Shown here: in pieces, positions 33,350-43,405 of the stretch | Layout: each line of letters opens with the position of its first letter | Position numbering within the stretch: the first letter of the stretch is position 1 | From: Actinomycetota bacterium | GTDB lineage: Bacteria; Actinomycetota; UBA4738; HRBIN12 | Length of the DNA stretch: 64,000 nucleotides | Reading direction: 5' to 3' | Assembly (NCBI GenBank): GCA_040004125.1 | Contig: JBDUBL010000001.1 | Span: 3,850 to 67,849, forward strand | Notes under the pieces: generated by a model | Seen by the model: only the letters and a program-made list of their open reading frames with translations | What the model was told of the DNA's origin: nothing | Database searches by the model: none | Translations under genes and position numbers: made by a program

Positions 33350-34407
33350 GAAGCCTCCTTCGCGGCGTCGGCGGCGATCGCTTTCCATGCGTCGATCGCG
33401 ATGCCGATGCCCTCGTCGTTCACGTCGAGGTGGGTCACCATGCGGACGCCCCGTGCAACGGGAACCGCCCCCACCCCGGCGGCCGCGAGCCGGTCCAGCA
33501 CCTGATCGGTTCGCAGCCCCAAGGCATCCGTGTCGACGAAGACCATGTTCGTTACGACCTGATCCAGCGAGACGCTGCCCGGCAGCAGCTCCGCGAGGGT
33601 CTCGCCGAGGCGACGGGCGCGCACGTGGTCCTCGAGGAGGCGCTCGCGCCCGGTTTCGAGGGCGACGAGACCGGCGGCTGCCATCAGCCCCGCCTGCCGC
33701 CAGGCTCCCCCGTAGAGGATCCAGATGCGGCGCGCCTCGCGGATCTGCTCGGCCGGCCCGCACAGCATCGAGCCGATCGGCGCGCCGAGGCCCTTCGAGA
33801 GGCAGAACATCATCGTGTCGACCTTGGAGGTCCACGCCGTGATCGGCTCCGCGGTGGCAGCGACGGCGTTCCAGACACGGGCGCCGTCCATGTGGATCGG
33901 CACACCGGCATCCGCAGCGATCGCGCGCACCCGGCGAAGCTCGGCGGAGGGCAGGATCGTCCCGCCGGAACCGCCGACCGTGTTCTCGACCGCCAGCAGG
34001 TCGACCACCTCGACGTCGAAGTAGTCGTCGGGCTCGAGGAGGCGCTCGGTCAGCGCCGCGGTCATGAAGCCGTGCGGATGATCGCTACCCGTCCGGAAGG
34101 AGATACCGGCCAAGCTCGCGCTGGTCATGACCTCGGTGGTCGCAACGTGCGCGCCCTGTTCGGCGGCGACCAGGTGTCCGTGGCCGGTGATGTGGAGTCG
34201 CAGGCCGATCTGGTTAGCCATGGTCCCGGTCGCGACGTAGAGGGAGGCCTCCATGCCGGTAAGCTCCGCCGCGCGCTCCTGCAGCCGGTTCACGGTCGGG
34301 TCGTCGCCGTACCAGGCGTCACCGACCTCGGCCGCGGCCATCGCTGCTCGCATCGCCGCCGACGGTGTCGACACGGTGTCTGAGCGCAGGTCCACCCGGA
34401 AGCCCAT
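33346..34407 (-). CDS. ltaE: low-specificity L-threonine aldolase
   Basis: [10 protein letters not shown]...GTMANQ...[12 protein letters not shown] motifs. Confidence 0.85.
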   Translation of the reverse strand: MGFRVDLRSDTVSTPSAAMRAAMAAAEVGDAWYGDDPTVNRLQERAAELTGMEASLYVATGTMANQIGLRLHITGHGHLVAAEQGAHVATTEVMTSASLAGISFRTGSDHPHGFMTAALTERLLEPDDYFDVEVVDLLAVENTVGGSGGTILPSAELRRVRAIAADAGVPIHMDGARVWNAVAATAEPITAWTSKVDTMMFCLSKGLGAPIGSMLCGPAEQIREARRIWILYGGAWRQAGLMAAAGLVALETGRERLLEDHVRARRLGETLAELLPGSVSLDQVVTNMVFVDTDALGLRTDQVLDRLAAAGVGAVPVARGVRMVTHLDVNDEGIGIAIDAWKAIAADAAKEAS

Positions 34408-34457
34408 CGGGGAAGTCTATCCGCCCGTCGCGGTGCCCTTTGCGCTCACGCCGCTGC

Positions 34458-35486
34458 TCAGCCGAAGAAGATCTCGGCCTCGCGGTAGAGCTCCTGCGGA
34501 ACGACCTTGCGCGGACCGGTGGCTTCGACCAGCGCCACGTCGGCGACATCCTGGCCTTGGCGCGAAACCATCCTGCCCCAGCCACCGGCGTACACGAGCT
34601 CAACCGCCGCGATGCCGAAGCGAGTGGCGAGCAGCCGGTCGAACGCCACGGGTGTCCCTCCGCGCTGGACGTGGCCGAGGATCGTCACGCGGGTCTGGTA
34701 GCCCGTCCGCTGCTCGATCTCGGGCGCGATCAGGTTGGAGATGCCCCCCAGTCGGGGGAACCCGTTCTCATCCAGCGGGTACTCGGGCTGGGTCATCGTG
34801 CCGGCGATCGGCTCCGCACCCTCGGCGACCACGACGATCGAGAACGAGTGCCGATGCATGTGGCGGTGACGCAGGTGCCGGCACGCGTCCTCGATGTCGA
34901 AGGGCCTCTCCGGGATCAACAGCATGTCGGCGCCGCCGGTCATCGCGGCGTACAGCGCGATCCACCCCGCGTGACGGCCCATGACCTCGATCACCATCAC
35001 CCGGTCGTGACTTTCCGCCGTCGTGTGCAACCGGTCGATCGCGTCGGTCGCGATCTGCACGGCCGTGTGGAACCCGACGGTGACGTCGGTGCCCGGAAGG
35101 TCATTGTCGATCGTCTTGGGAACGCCGACGATCGGGACGCCGAGATCGGCGAGCTCGGCCGCCGCGCCTAACGTGCCCTCTCCCCCGATCACGACGAACC
35201 CGTCCAGCTCGTGGCGCTGCATCGCCGTGCGGACGAGCTCCGGACCATCCTCGCGGCGCATCGGGTTCGTGCCGGAGCTGCCCAGCATCGTGCCGCCGCG
35301 GTGCAGCAGACCGCGTGTCGTCTGCAGATCCAGCACGACCGTTTGATCCTCGAGCACGCCGAGCCATCCGTCGTTGAACCCCACGAAGGTGGCATCGCCG
35401 CGGGCCTCCCCGGTGCGTATGGCGGCGCGGATCACGGCGTTCAGACCGGGACAATCACCCCCACCCGTCAGCACGCCCAATCGCAT
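34458..35486 (-). CDS. pfkA: 6-phosphofructokinase
   Basis: [36 protein letters not shown] and [10 protein letters not shown] motifs. Confidence 0.9.
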   Translation of the reverse strand: MRLGVLTGGGDCPGLNAVIRAAIRTGEARGDATFVGFNDGWLGVLEDQTVVLDLQTTRGLLHRGGTMLGSSGTNPMRREDGPELVRTAMQRHELDGFVVIGGEGTLGAAAELADLGVPIVGVPKTIDNDLPGTDVTVGFHTAVQIATDAIDRLHTTAESHDRVMVIEVMGRHAGWIALYAAMTGGADMLLIPERPFDIEDACRHLRHRHMHRHSFSIVVVAEGAEPIAGTMTQPEYPLDENGFPRLGGISNLIAPEIEQRTGYQTRVTILGHVQRGGTPVAFDRLLATRFGIAAVELVYAGGWGRMVSRQGQDVADVALVEATGPRKVVPQELYREAEIFFG

Positions 35487-35544
35487 CCGTGCACCCTACC
35501 GGACGGTTGCGTCGCCCCCGGGGAACGCCCGGTAGGATGGCGAG

Positions 35545-35694
35545 ATGCTCGCTCGGTTGCTCCCCGAACACATCGGCATCCTCGAAGGCATCTTCCTGTT
35601 GGGGCTGCTCGCTTTGACCGCCATCGTCGGCATCTTCTCGCTCTACGTCGTGACCCAGCAGTTCCGCAACCCGGGTCGCTCCGAGCGCCGCTAA
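35545..35694 (+). CDS. candidate small (49 aa) hydrophobic peptide, convergent with arcC and overlapping its stop
   Basis: ATG with AGGA ~7 nt upstream. Encodes MLARLLPEHIGILEGIFLLGLLALTAIVGIFSLYVVTQQFRNPGRSERR. Very high GC3. Too short for the ORF track. Confidence 0.3.
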   Translation: MLARLLPEHIGILEGIFLLGLLALTAIVGIFSLYVVTQQFRNPGRSERR

Positions 35695-36635
35695 GTTCTC
35701 GAACCCACGATCTCGGTGCCGGCAAGGCCCGCGAGCGCAGCGCCGGATTGTTCCAGATCGGCGATCACGGCCCGCCCGGCGCCGCCTCGCACGAACGCGA
35801 CCGCCGCTTCGACCTTCGGCCCCATCGACCCTGTCCCGAACTCGCCGCGCTTGAGCAGCCGCGTCGCTTCCGCGATGTTCATCCGCTCGATGTCCTCGGG
35901 CATCAAGGAGCCGAACCCCCGTTGCACACGCGGCACGTCGGTCAGGATCAGCAGGACCTGCGCACCGACCTCGCGCGCCAGGATCGCGGCCGCGAGGTCT
36001 TTGTCGACGACGCCTTCCTTGCCGATCAGCCGCGGGCCCTTCTCGATCACGGGCACGCCGCCGCCCCCGGCGGCGATCACGATCACGCCATCGGCGATCA
36101 GCTGCCGGATCACCGGCGTTTCGACGATCGAGTAGGGCTTCGGGCTCGGCACGACGCGACGCCAGCCCCCATGCGGATCGGGGCGCATCGCCCAGCCACG
36201 CTGCGCTTCCCGACGGTGCGCCTGCGCCTCGGTGAAGTAAGGCCCGATGTACTTCGTGGGGTTGCGGAATGCGGGATCCTGCGCGCGCACCCGCGTCAGG
36301 GTGAGCATCGTCACGACCGGTCGCTCCATGGCTCGCTCGAAGAACACGTCGCCGATCGTTACCTGCAGCAGATAGCCGATCTGGCCCTGACTCTCGGCAC
36401 CACACACATCCAGCGGCATCGGGTGCACCTGCTTGGCGGCGGCCTCCTGCTGGATCAGGATGCGGCCGACCTGCGGGCCGTTGCCGTGCGTGACCACGAC
36501 CTCCCACCCGTCTGCGGCGATGTCGGCGATGCGCTCGGCGGCGATCCGCGCCGCGGCATACATCTCGTCGTACGTGTCGGCGGCCCCTCGGCGCAACAGC
36601 GCGTTGCCGCCCAGAGCGATCACGACCCGCTGCAT
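35691..36635 (-). CDS. arcC: carbamate kinase
   Basis: MQRVVIALGGNAL...VVTHGNGPQVG...GGGGVPV match carbamate kinase. Start at the internal ATG with GGAAGGAG 5 nt upstream. The upstream ORF extension is run-on. Confidence 0.9.
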   Translation of the reverse strand: MQRVVIALGGNALLRRGAADTYDEMYAAARIAAERIADIAADGWEVVVTHGNGPQVGRILIQQEAAAKQVHPMPLDVCGAESQGQIGYLLQVTIGDVFFERAMERPVVTMLTLTRVRAQDPAFRNPTKYIGPYFTEAQAHRREAQRGWAMRPDPHGGWRRVVPSPKPYSIVETPVIRQLIADGVIVIAAGGGGVPVIEKGPRLIGKEGVVDKDLAAAILAREVGAQVLLILTDVPRVQRGFGSLMPEDIERMNIAEATRLLKRGEFGTGSMGPKVEAAVAFVRGGAGRAVIADLEQSGAALAGLAGTEIVGSRT

Positions 36636-36661
36636 CGCACTCCTTCCGGGCGTCTCCTGTG

Positions 36662-37984
36662 TTACGCCGGCGCTGCCAGCACCGGAGCGAGGATATCGGT
36701 GAGCTGCGGCGAATCGGGGAGCATCTCGAGGTCGTAGCGCACCCGCACCGCGGGCTTGGAGATCGCGATCACGCTGCGCAGGTCGATCGGCGTACCGATC
36801 ACGACAACGTCGACATCGGCCGCATCGATGATGGCGGCCATCTCGGCCAGCTGTCCGTCCGAGTAGCCCATCGCCGGCAAGACGTGACCGACGTCGTACT
36901 TCTCGAATGTCTCCGCGATCGATCCGACCGCCCATGGGCGCGGGTCGACGATCTCGGCCGCCCCCATCCGCTGGGCGGCCACGACGCCCGCGCCGATCTT
37001 CATCTCGCCGTGTGTCAATGTCGGGCCGTCCTCGATCACCAGCACCCGCTTGCCGGCGATCGCGTCCGGGTCGTCGCAGGTCACGTTCGAATTGGCCTTG
37101 GCGATCGTCGCGGACGGGTTCACGTCGGCGATCGTCGCTTCCAGCTGGGCAACGTGCTCGGCCGTCGCCGAGTCGATCTTGTTGATCAACACGACATCGG
37201 CACCGCGCAGGTTGGTCTCGCCCGGGTAGTAGGTCAGCTCGTGGCCGACGCGAAGCGGGTCGACCAGCGTGATCCAGACGTCGGGCGTGTAGAACGGGAT
37301 ATCGTTGTTCCCGCCGTCCCACAACAACACGTCGCATTCGGCCTGTGCCTGCTCCAGGATCGCCCCGTAGTCAACACCCGCATAGATCACGGTGCCGCTC
37401 GTGATATGCGGCTCATATTCCTCGCGCTCCTCGATCGTGCACCGATGCAGGTCGAGGTCCGACAACGCCGCGAATCGCTGCACCGCCTGGGCGGCCAGGT
37501 CGCCGTATGGCATCGGGTGGCGCACCGCGACGACGCGCTTGCCGGCCTGCTTCAGGGCGCCCGCAACCGCGCGGGTCGTCTGGGACTTGCCGACACCCGT
37601 ACGAACGGCGGTGACCGCCACGGTCGGCACGGTCGCCTTGAGCATCGTTGCGTTGGGCCCGAGCAGAACGAAGTTCGCGCCAGCCGCCCCCACGATCGAA
37701 GCCTTGTGCATCACGTACTCATGCCGCACGTCGGAGTAGCTGAACACGACGTCGTCGACCTCGAGCTCACGGATCAACCGCACGAGCTCGGACTCGTCAT
37801 AGATCTGGATGCCGTCGGGGTACAGCGCTCCGGCAAGCGAGGCCGGGTAGCGCCGGTCGTTGATGAACGGGATCTGGGTCGCGGTGAACGCAACGACCGT
37901 CGAGGCGGCGTCGCCGCGATAGACGGTGTTGAAGTTGTGGAAGTCGCGCCCGGCGGCCCCCATGATCAAAACACGACGAGACAT
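36662..37984 (-). CDS. P-loop-containing protein of unknown function (DUF1611 / cyclic-2,3-diphosphoglycerate-synthetase-like), likely co-transcribed with arcC
   Basis: P-loop-like VRTGVGKSQTT. ~440 aa, conserved-looking throughout. It ends 27 nt before arcC. Confidence 0.55.
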   Translation of the reverse strand: MSRRVLIMGAAGRDFHNFNTVYRGDAASTVVAFTATQIPFINDRRYPASLAGALYPDGIQIYDESELVRLIRELEVDDVVFSYSDVRHEYVMHKASIVGAAGANFVLLGPNATMLKATVPTVAVTAVRTGVGKSQTTRAVAGALKQAGKRVVAVRHPMPYGDLAAQAVQRFAALSDLDLHRCTIEEREEYEPHITSGTVIYAGVDYGAILEQAQAECDVLLWDGGNNDIPFYTPDVWITLVDPLRVGHELTYYPGETNLRGADVVLINKIDSATAEHVAQLEATIADVNPSATIAKANSNVTCDDPDAIAGKRVLVIEDGPTLTHGEMKIGAGVVAAQRMGAAEIVDPRPWAVGSIAETFEKYDVGHVLPAMGYSDGQLAEMAAIIDAADVDVVVIGTPIDLRSVIAISKPAVRVRYDLEMLPDSPQLTDILAPVLAAPA

Positions 37985-38099
37985 AGCTCGGATCCTTTCC
38001 GCTCGAATGCTTCTGATGCGCGGAAGGCCCGGGCCGGATCACGCAAGCCCCGCTCTTCGGCCCGACTCTACCCGACGGGCGCGACCGGGGTCCGCCGGA

Positions 38100-39194
38100 T
38101 CAACGACACGTCAGGAGCTGCTCGTCCAGGAGCGTCCCGGACTCCGTCAGCAACGCGGTGCGAAGGCTGCCGGCCGCGGTGTCGGCCTCCATGCGCAGCA
38201 CGCCGAAGTGCTGCAGGTCGACGAACGCCGCCCGAGTGGGGGCGGGACCTGCGTACGACACGCCGGCGATCTCTCGGCCGCCGGCGCCCGCCACGATCTC
38301 GACGATCCCGTCGGGCTTGGCCCGTCCGCCGGTGCCGAGCGCGGGCATCCGCTCGTAGAGGTGATCGTGCCCGTTCACGACGAGGTCGGGCCGCTGGGCC
38401 GGCTTCGTGCGGTACAACGCCCGCCACACGGGATCGACATAGCCGATGTCCCCATGCCCCGCGTCGGACCATCGCGCCTGGTGCCACGCGACGATCGTGC
38501 ATGCCGCCGGCGGGTTCACTTGCGGGTCCGCGAGCGCCCGCTCGAGGAACGACGTGGTACGCGAGCCCGCCGAGCAGACCGCCGGATCGTGCTCGCACAC
38601 ACCCACATCGAGCATGATGACGGCCAGCGGATGAGCGGTCTGCGCGGCGAACGTCCGTGCGTAGTCCCCGACGCCGTCTGACAGCTCTCCCGCGAACGCC
38701 GCATCGCCGAAGTAGGACTCGAAGCCGCAGGCGTTGCGGCCCGCATGCTGGAACACGCAACCGCTCCCGGTGGGGTCGGGGTCATACCACTCGTGGTTGC
38801 CCGCGACCGGCAGCACCGCTGTGCCGGGCAGGGCACGGAGAGCGGCGCCCCACGTCATGTCGAACGATGCATAGTCCTGGGTGCGTCCCGACTCGTACTG
38901 CGTGTCGCCGAGCAGGAGCACGGCGACCGGAGCGCCCCCAGGCCCGCCGGCCACGAGCGACGCCGTCGTGGCCTGGTGACAACCGGTCGGGATCGCCGGG
39001 CTGCCGGGGGCACACGCGATGTCGCCGCTCGCGATCAGGACCATCGGGTTCCCGTGAGCGTCCGGCCCCGCCGTCGGCGCCGGCGTCGCGGTCGCCGCAG
39101 GGGCCGTCGTTACGGGGGGTGACGGGGTCTGGGTCGACTGCTCGTTCACCCGGCCGGTGCAGGCCGCCGACACGATCGCGAGCGCCACGATCAC
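38100..39194 (-). CDS. secreted/lipoprotein calcineurin-like metallophosphoesterase
   Basis: Lipobox-like AIVSAAC. GD...GNHE...GHDH motifs. The start is uncertain. The GTG at 39194 leaves a 27-nt gap to the upstream MBL gene, whereas the ATG at 39380 would overlap it. Confidence 0.65.
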   Translation of the reverse strand: MIVALAIVSAACTGRVNEQSTQTPSPPVTTAPAATATPAPTAGPDAHGNPMVLIASGDIACAPGSPAIPTGCHQATTASLVAGGPGGAPVAVLLLGDTQYESGRTQDYASFDMTWGAALRALPGTAVLPVAGNHEWYDPDPTGSGCVFQHAGRNACGFESYFGDAAFAGELSDGVGDYARTFAAQTAHPLAVIMLDVGVCEHDPAVCSAGSRTTSFLERALADPQVNPPAACTIVAWHQARWSDAGHGDIGYVDPVWRALYRTKPAQRPDLVVNGHDHLYERMPALGTGGRAKPDGIVEIVAGAGGREIAGVSYAGPAPTRAAFVDLQHFGVLRMEADTAAGSLRTALLTESGTLLDEQLLTCR

Positions 39195-39220
39195 GGAGCG
39201 CAGCTCGTGACGACCGCGAG

Positions 39221-40033
39221 TTAGACCGGGTCGCTCGTCCACCGACCCTCGTCGATCGACCCGAACGGGTGCGCGAAGTGCGTCACGCCGACGCGATACG
39301 CGTGGGTTTCCGCCCGCCACAGCAGGACACGACGCGACGCGACGCCCAGCAGCGCGTCTTCGTCGTGCTCGGAGAACCACATGCGTTCTGCGACCTGGAT
39401 CGGCTGGTGCAGCAGGTCCCCCGTCAGCAACAACCCGTCATCGCCGTCCACGACGAGCGCCGCGCGGTGCCCGGGCGTGTGTCCGGGCGCGTGGATCACG
39501 CGCACCCCTGACGCCACATCGTGATTGGTGTCGACCGCCCGCAGCACACCGAGCGATTCGAGGCGCTCGGCTGGCCGGACCGCGACGTAGGCGTTTTCGT
39601 GCGCCTCTTCGAAATGACGAAGATCGGCGGGATGCAAGTGGTAGGCGGCATTGGGGAACCGCGGTTCGAATTCGGCCGCCTCGATCCCGCCGGCGTGATC
39701 CGCGTGCAGATGTGTAAGCACGACATGGCCGACCGCGGCCAGATCCTCATCGCCCCATGCCTCCGCGTTCCAGTGCTCCCATGGGCGGTACGGCCCGAAG
39801 GGTCCGACCCCCGTGTCGACCACGACGACCCCGTCAGGCCCGTCGACGACGAACGCGTGCACGTGCCACGCCCACGCGTCCAGACCGTGGTAGCCCCACG
39901 GGTACCGTGCACGCTCCCGTGCCCAGTCGACCTGCACGCCCGGGAACTCCTCGGCGAGTGGCAGCGGTGCGAATCCCTCGCAGATGGTGCGGATCTCGAA
40001 CCGCCCGATATGGATCGGTGCCACGTGCGTCAT
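39221..40033 (-). CDS. MBL-fold metallo-hydrolase
   Basis: THLHADHAGG and HAPGHTPGH motifs. Confidence 0.8.
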   Translation of the reverse strand: MTHVAPIHIGRFEIRTICEGFAPLPLAEEFPGVQVDWARERARYPWGYHGLDAWAWHVHAFVVDGPDGVVVVDTGVGPFGPYRPWEHWNAEAWGDEDLAAVGHVVLTHLHADHAGGIEAAEFEPRFPNAAYHLHPADLRHFEEAHENAYVAVRPAERLESLGVLRAVDTNHDVASGVRVIHAPGHTPGHRAALVVDGDDGLLLTGDLLHQPIQVAERMWFSEHDEDALLGVASRRVLLWRAETHAYRVGVTHFAHPFGSIDEGRWTSDPV

Positions 40034-40044
40034 GACGCGGCAGC

Positions 40045-40635
40045 CTACCCCTTCAGGTCGCCCGGCTCATCCACGTCGAACACGGTGCGCCGTGCCGGGT
40101 CCAGCGCCGTCCACGTTGCCTCGTCGATCACCGCGATCCGCAGCCCGTCGAGCACGTCGCGGAGCCGACGCCTGCCCGCATGCAGCAGCGTATGGGTCAT
40201 ATCGGCCGCCGGCCACGTGCGCAGGACGCACGGCAAGGGTCGGGTCCGGCCGCCGTCGGCAAGCGCGACCGCATCGACCCCGGCCTCTTCCAGCACGCGG
40301 ACCATCTCGCTCAGCACGATCTGTTGCAGATCAGGCATATCGCCGGCGGCGACGATCACGATGTCGGACCGCACCGCCGCCATCAGCCCGGTGTGAAGCC
40401 CTGCGAGCGGGCCCTCGCCCTCGGTCGCGTCGTTCGCGGTACGCACGCCGGGCGGCAGCCCCGTGCCGTCCGCACCGGGCGCGAGCACGACGATCACCTC
40501 GTCGCAGACCGCCGCCAGCCGATGCACCGCGTGGTGCAACAGCGGCTGTCCGTGATAGTCGGCTACAAGCTTGTCGGTGCCGAATCGGGTCGAGCGACCG
40601 CCGGCAAGCACCAGCCCGCTAACGTTGGGCGGCAC
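40045..40635 (-). CDS. mobA: molybdenum cofactor guanylyltransferase MobA
   Basis: LVLAGGRSTRFGTDKL and DMP motifs. Overlaps the upstream Fe-S gene by 17 nt. Confidence 0.8.
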   Translation of the reverse strand: MPPNVSGLVLAGGRSTRFGTDKLVADYHGQPLLHHAVHRLAAVCDEVIVVLAPGADGTGLPPGVRTANDATEGEGPLAGLHTGLMAAVRSDIVIVAAGDMPDLQQIVLSEMVRVLEEAGVDAVALADGGRTRPLPCVLRTWPAADMTHTLLHAGRRRLRDVLDGLRIAVIDEATWTALDPARRTVFDVDEPGDLKG

Positions 40636-41578
40636 CGTCTCGGCGCTTCCGCCGCTGCACGAACTGGAACCCGAATCGGCCCTTCACACACAGATGCCCG
40701 TTCGTCACGACGTTGTCCGCGGGCGAGGTGACCTTGACTATCGAGTTGTCCTGAACGTGCAGCTCGAGCTCGCAGCCCACACCGCAATACGGACAGATCG
40801 TGTTCGTCACGCGTTGCGCGTCCTCGTCCCACGTGCCGGCTAAGCGCATGTCGTGTTCGCTGGTGAACATCAAGGCGCCGGTCGGACACACCCCGATGCA
40901 GTTGCCGCAATACACACAAGCGCTCGCATCGAGCGGCACGGCATATTCGGTCGAGATCCGGGCATCGAACCCGCGCCCGGCGACCGCGATCGCGAAGGTG
41001 AACTGCGCGTCGGTGCCGCAGGCCTCGACGCACTTGTAGCAGAGCACGCAACGCCCGTAGTCGCGCACGTACAGCTCGTTGTCGACCTTCACCGGCTGCG
41101 CGACCGTCTCGGCCGCCGCCGGGTTGGGCGCGTGGTGATGGCCCGGCTCGCGTCCGTCTCGCTCCCCAGTCGGCAAAGGGGTCATGCGCGCGCCGAATCG
41201 ATCCGGATCGGCGGCGTAGGCATCCTGCCAGCGGTGCCACTCGGGGCTCGCGAGCGACGTATCGACCGAGGACGCAAGGAACTCGATCACGAGTTTCCGC
41301 GAGCGACGCACCCGCTCGGTGTCGGTCGAGATCTTCATGCCCGCCTCCGCGGTTCGCGAGCACGCCGGCACGAGCACTCGCGAGCCTTCGACCTCGACCA
41401 CGCACACACGGCAGGCATTGATGGGGGTGAGGTTCTGCGCGTAGCACATCGTTGGGGTGTCGATGCCCTCGGCCGTACACGCGTCCAAGATCGTCGCGCC
41501 CTGCGGAACCCGCGCGGTGCGGCCATCGAGCTCGACGTCGATCAAGGTACGCGGCATCCCGAGCGGCACGGCGCTCAC
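40619..41578 (-). CDS. NuoG-like iron-sulfur subunit of formate dehydrogenase: 2Fe-2S, two 4Fe-4S ferredoxin motifs, plus the N-terminal 4Fe-4S cap of the molybdopterin (MopB) domain
   Basis: 2Fe-2S cysteines (CYAQNLTPINACRVC). Two CxxCxxCxxxCP motifs. Ends with CPYCGVGC...GHLCVKGRFGF, homologous to FdhF residues ~8-50. ATGA overlap with the NuoE/F gene. Confidence 0.8.
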   Translation of the reverse strand: MSAVPLGMPRTLIDVELDGRTARVPQGATILDACTAEGIDTPTMCYAQNLTPINACRVCVVEVEGSRVLVPACSRTAEAGMKISTDTERVRRSRKLVIEFLASSVDTSLASPEWHRWQDAYAADPDRFGARMTPLPTGERDGREPGHHHAPNPAAAETVAQPVKVDNELYVRDYGRCVLCYKCVEACGTDAQFTFAIAVAGRGFDARISTEYAVPLDASACVYCGNCIGVCPTGALMFTSEHDMRLAGTWDEDAQRVTNTICPYCGVGCELELHVQDNSIVKVTSPADNVVTNGHLCVKGRFGFQFVQRRKRRDGAAQR

Positions 41579-43395
41579 GCGGGCACCTCCCCGCCGAACA
41601 ACCCGAAGGTCGTGATCGCCGATTGCACGGCGCTTGCCGCGGTCTGCCCCAGGCCGCAGATGGACGCGTCGCGCATCACGGCGGCCACGTCCTCGAGCAG
41701 CGCGAGCTCATCGGGGGTGGAGCCCACCGTGCGACCGGCGACCAGCCGGTGAAGCGCCTCCTCCTGACGCACGGTCCCGACTCGACATGGCACGCACTGA
41801 CCACAGGACTCGTCGCGGAAGAACCGCGCGATCCGCAGACACAGGTCGACCAGATCGACGCCCTCGTCGAGCACCATGATCACCCCGGAGCCTAGGGTGT
41901 AGCCGCCGGTCCGCGCGTCCTCGAAGGTCAGCCGCACATCCAGTCGGTCGGGGCCGAGGAAGCCGCCGGCCGCGCCGCCCAGCAAGACGGCTTTGATGCC
42001 GGCGCCGTCGCGCGGGCCACCGGCAAGCGTGATCGCTTCGCGCAACGTGATTCCGTGCTCGGCCTCATAGACTCCGGGGTGCTCGATGTGACCCGACAGG
42101 CAGAAGAGCCGGGTGCCGGTCGATCCCTCGGTGCCGAGGGCCGCGTACGCGTCGGCCCCGAGCTCCATGATCGGGAGCACGTTGATCAGCGTCTCGACGT
42201 TGTTGATCGCCGTCGGTCGCCCGAAGACCCCGTGTGTGACGGGGAAGGGCGGCTTGTTCCGCGGCTCACCGCGCTTGCCCTCGATCGAGTTGAACAGCGA
42301 CGTCTCCTCGCCGCAGATGTAGGCGCCGGCGCCCCGGCGCAGCTCGATATCGAACGCGAAACCGCCGTGCATCACGTCGGGACCGAGGAGGGCTGCGTCA
42401 CGGGCATCCTCGATCGCGGCGAGCAGGTGCTTCGTTGCACGCGGGTACTCGCCACGGATGTACAGGTAGCCGGTCTCGGCCCCGGTGGCGAACCCCGCGA
42501 TCGTGAGCGCTTCGATGACCGCGAACGGATCGTGTTCCATGATCACACGGTCCTTGAAGGTGCCCGGCTCGGATTCGTCGGCGTTGCAGACCACGTGCTT
42601 GGGTCCCGGGGGCTGATCGGCGACCGCTCGCCACTTCACGCCGGTGGGGAATGCAGCACCACCTCGGCCGAGCAGCCTCGCATCGGTGACCTGTTGGATC
42701 ACGGCGTCTGGGCCCAGCTCGATCGCGCGCGCGAGTCCCGCGTACCCACCGTGCGCGCGGTAGTCGTGCAGCGATGCGGGATCGACCGAACCGACGCGTC
42801 GCAGCAGACGCTCGCCGCCGTGACGGGGGGCAAGCGCGGGAGGCGCCATCAGCGTGCGGTCGCCACGCACGGAGCCAACGATGTGCTCGGCGTCGGCGGG
42901 CGCGACCACGTGCGAGACCGCGCCGGCGCCGGCCTCCTGGAAGAACACCGCGGGCGCGGCGTCGCACATGCCGAGACACGGGCTCCGCACGACCCGAGCG
43001 TCGCCGGCAAGCTCAGCCTCCACGCGCGCCGCCATCGCGTCGCCGCCACGGATCCGGCAGGCCAGGTCGTCACAGACGTGCACGACCGTCGTCGGCTGCG
43101 GGGCGACGCTGAACATCGCGTAGAACGTCGCGACGCCGTAGGCCTCGGCGGGTGGCACGACCAGGCGCTCGCATGCGTAGCTGAGACCGCCCTCGCTGAT
43201 CCACCCGACGCGCGCCTGAAGCGCATGCAGTACGGGCAACAGCAAGGTGCGACGCTCTTCGGGGGCGCGCGACACGCGGAGATCGCGCTCCGTGCGCTCC
43301 CCGCCATCCCAGCCGGTCTCCGGCGCGCCAAGCACCGTATCGACCGCCGAACGCTCCTCGGCGGTTGGCTCCGCGGTCATCAGGTGCAGGTCCAC
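41575..43395 (-). CDS. NuoE-NuoF fusion, the NAD(H)-binding diaphorase subunit of formate dehydrogenase (FdsG/FdsB-like)
   Basis: N-terminal NuoE-like 2Fe-2S region (CDDLACRIRGG...CLGMCDAAP). NuoF FMN/NAD motifs (GRGGAAFPTGVKW, CNADESEPGTFKDR). C-terminal 4Fe-4S cysteines (ESCGQCVPCR...C). Confidence 0.85.
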   Translation of the reverse strand: MDLHLMTAEPTAEERSAVDTVLGAPETGWDGGERTERDLRVSRAPEERRTLLLPVLHALQARVGWISEGGLSYACERLVVPPAEAYGVATFYAMFSVAPQPTTVVHVCDDLACRIRGGDAMAARVEAELAGDARVVRSPCLGMCDAAPAVFFQEAGAGAVSHVVAPADAEHIVGSVRGDRTLMAPPALAPRHGGERLLRRVGSVDPASLHDYRAHGGYAGLARAIELGPDAVIQQVTDARLLGRGGAAFPTGVKWRAVADQPPGPKHVVCNADESEPGTFKDRVIMEHDPFAVIEALTIAGFATGAETGYLYIRGEYPRATKHLLAAIEDARDAALLGPDVMHGGFAFDIELRRGAGAYICGEETSLFNSIEGKRGEPRNKPPFPVTHGVFGRPTAINNVETLINVLPIMELGADAYAALGTEGSTGTRLFCLSGHIEHPGVYEAEHGITLREAITLAGGPRDGAGIKAVLLGGAAGGFLGPDRLDVRLTFEDARTGGYTLGSGVIMVLDEGVDLVDLCLRIARFFRDESCGQCVPCRVGTVRQEEALHRLVAGRTVGSTPDELALLEDVAAVMRDASICGLGQTAASAVQSAITTFGLFGGEVPA

Positions 43396-43405
43396 GCCGC
43401 GCAGG

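Noticed and set aside
35211-38617. ORFs 35211..36737(+), 35455..36507(-) and 36659..38617(+) overlapping arcC and the P-loop gene
   Set aside because: Their Arg/Gly/Asp-rich translations have no motifs. arcC and the P-loop protein on the minus strand carry clear family signatures.
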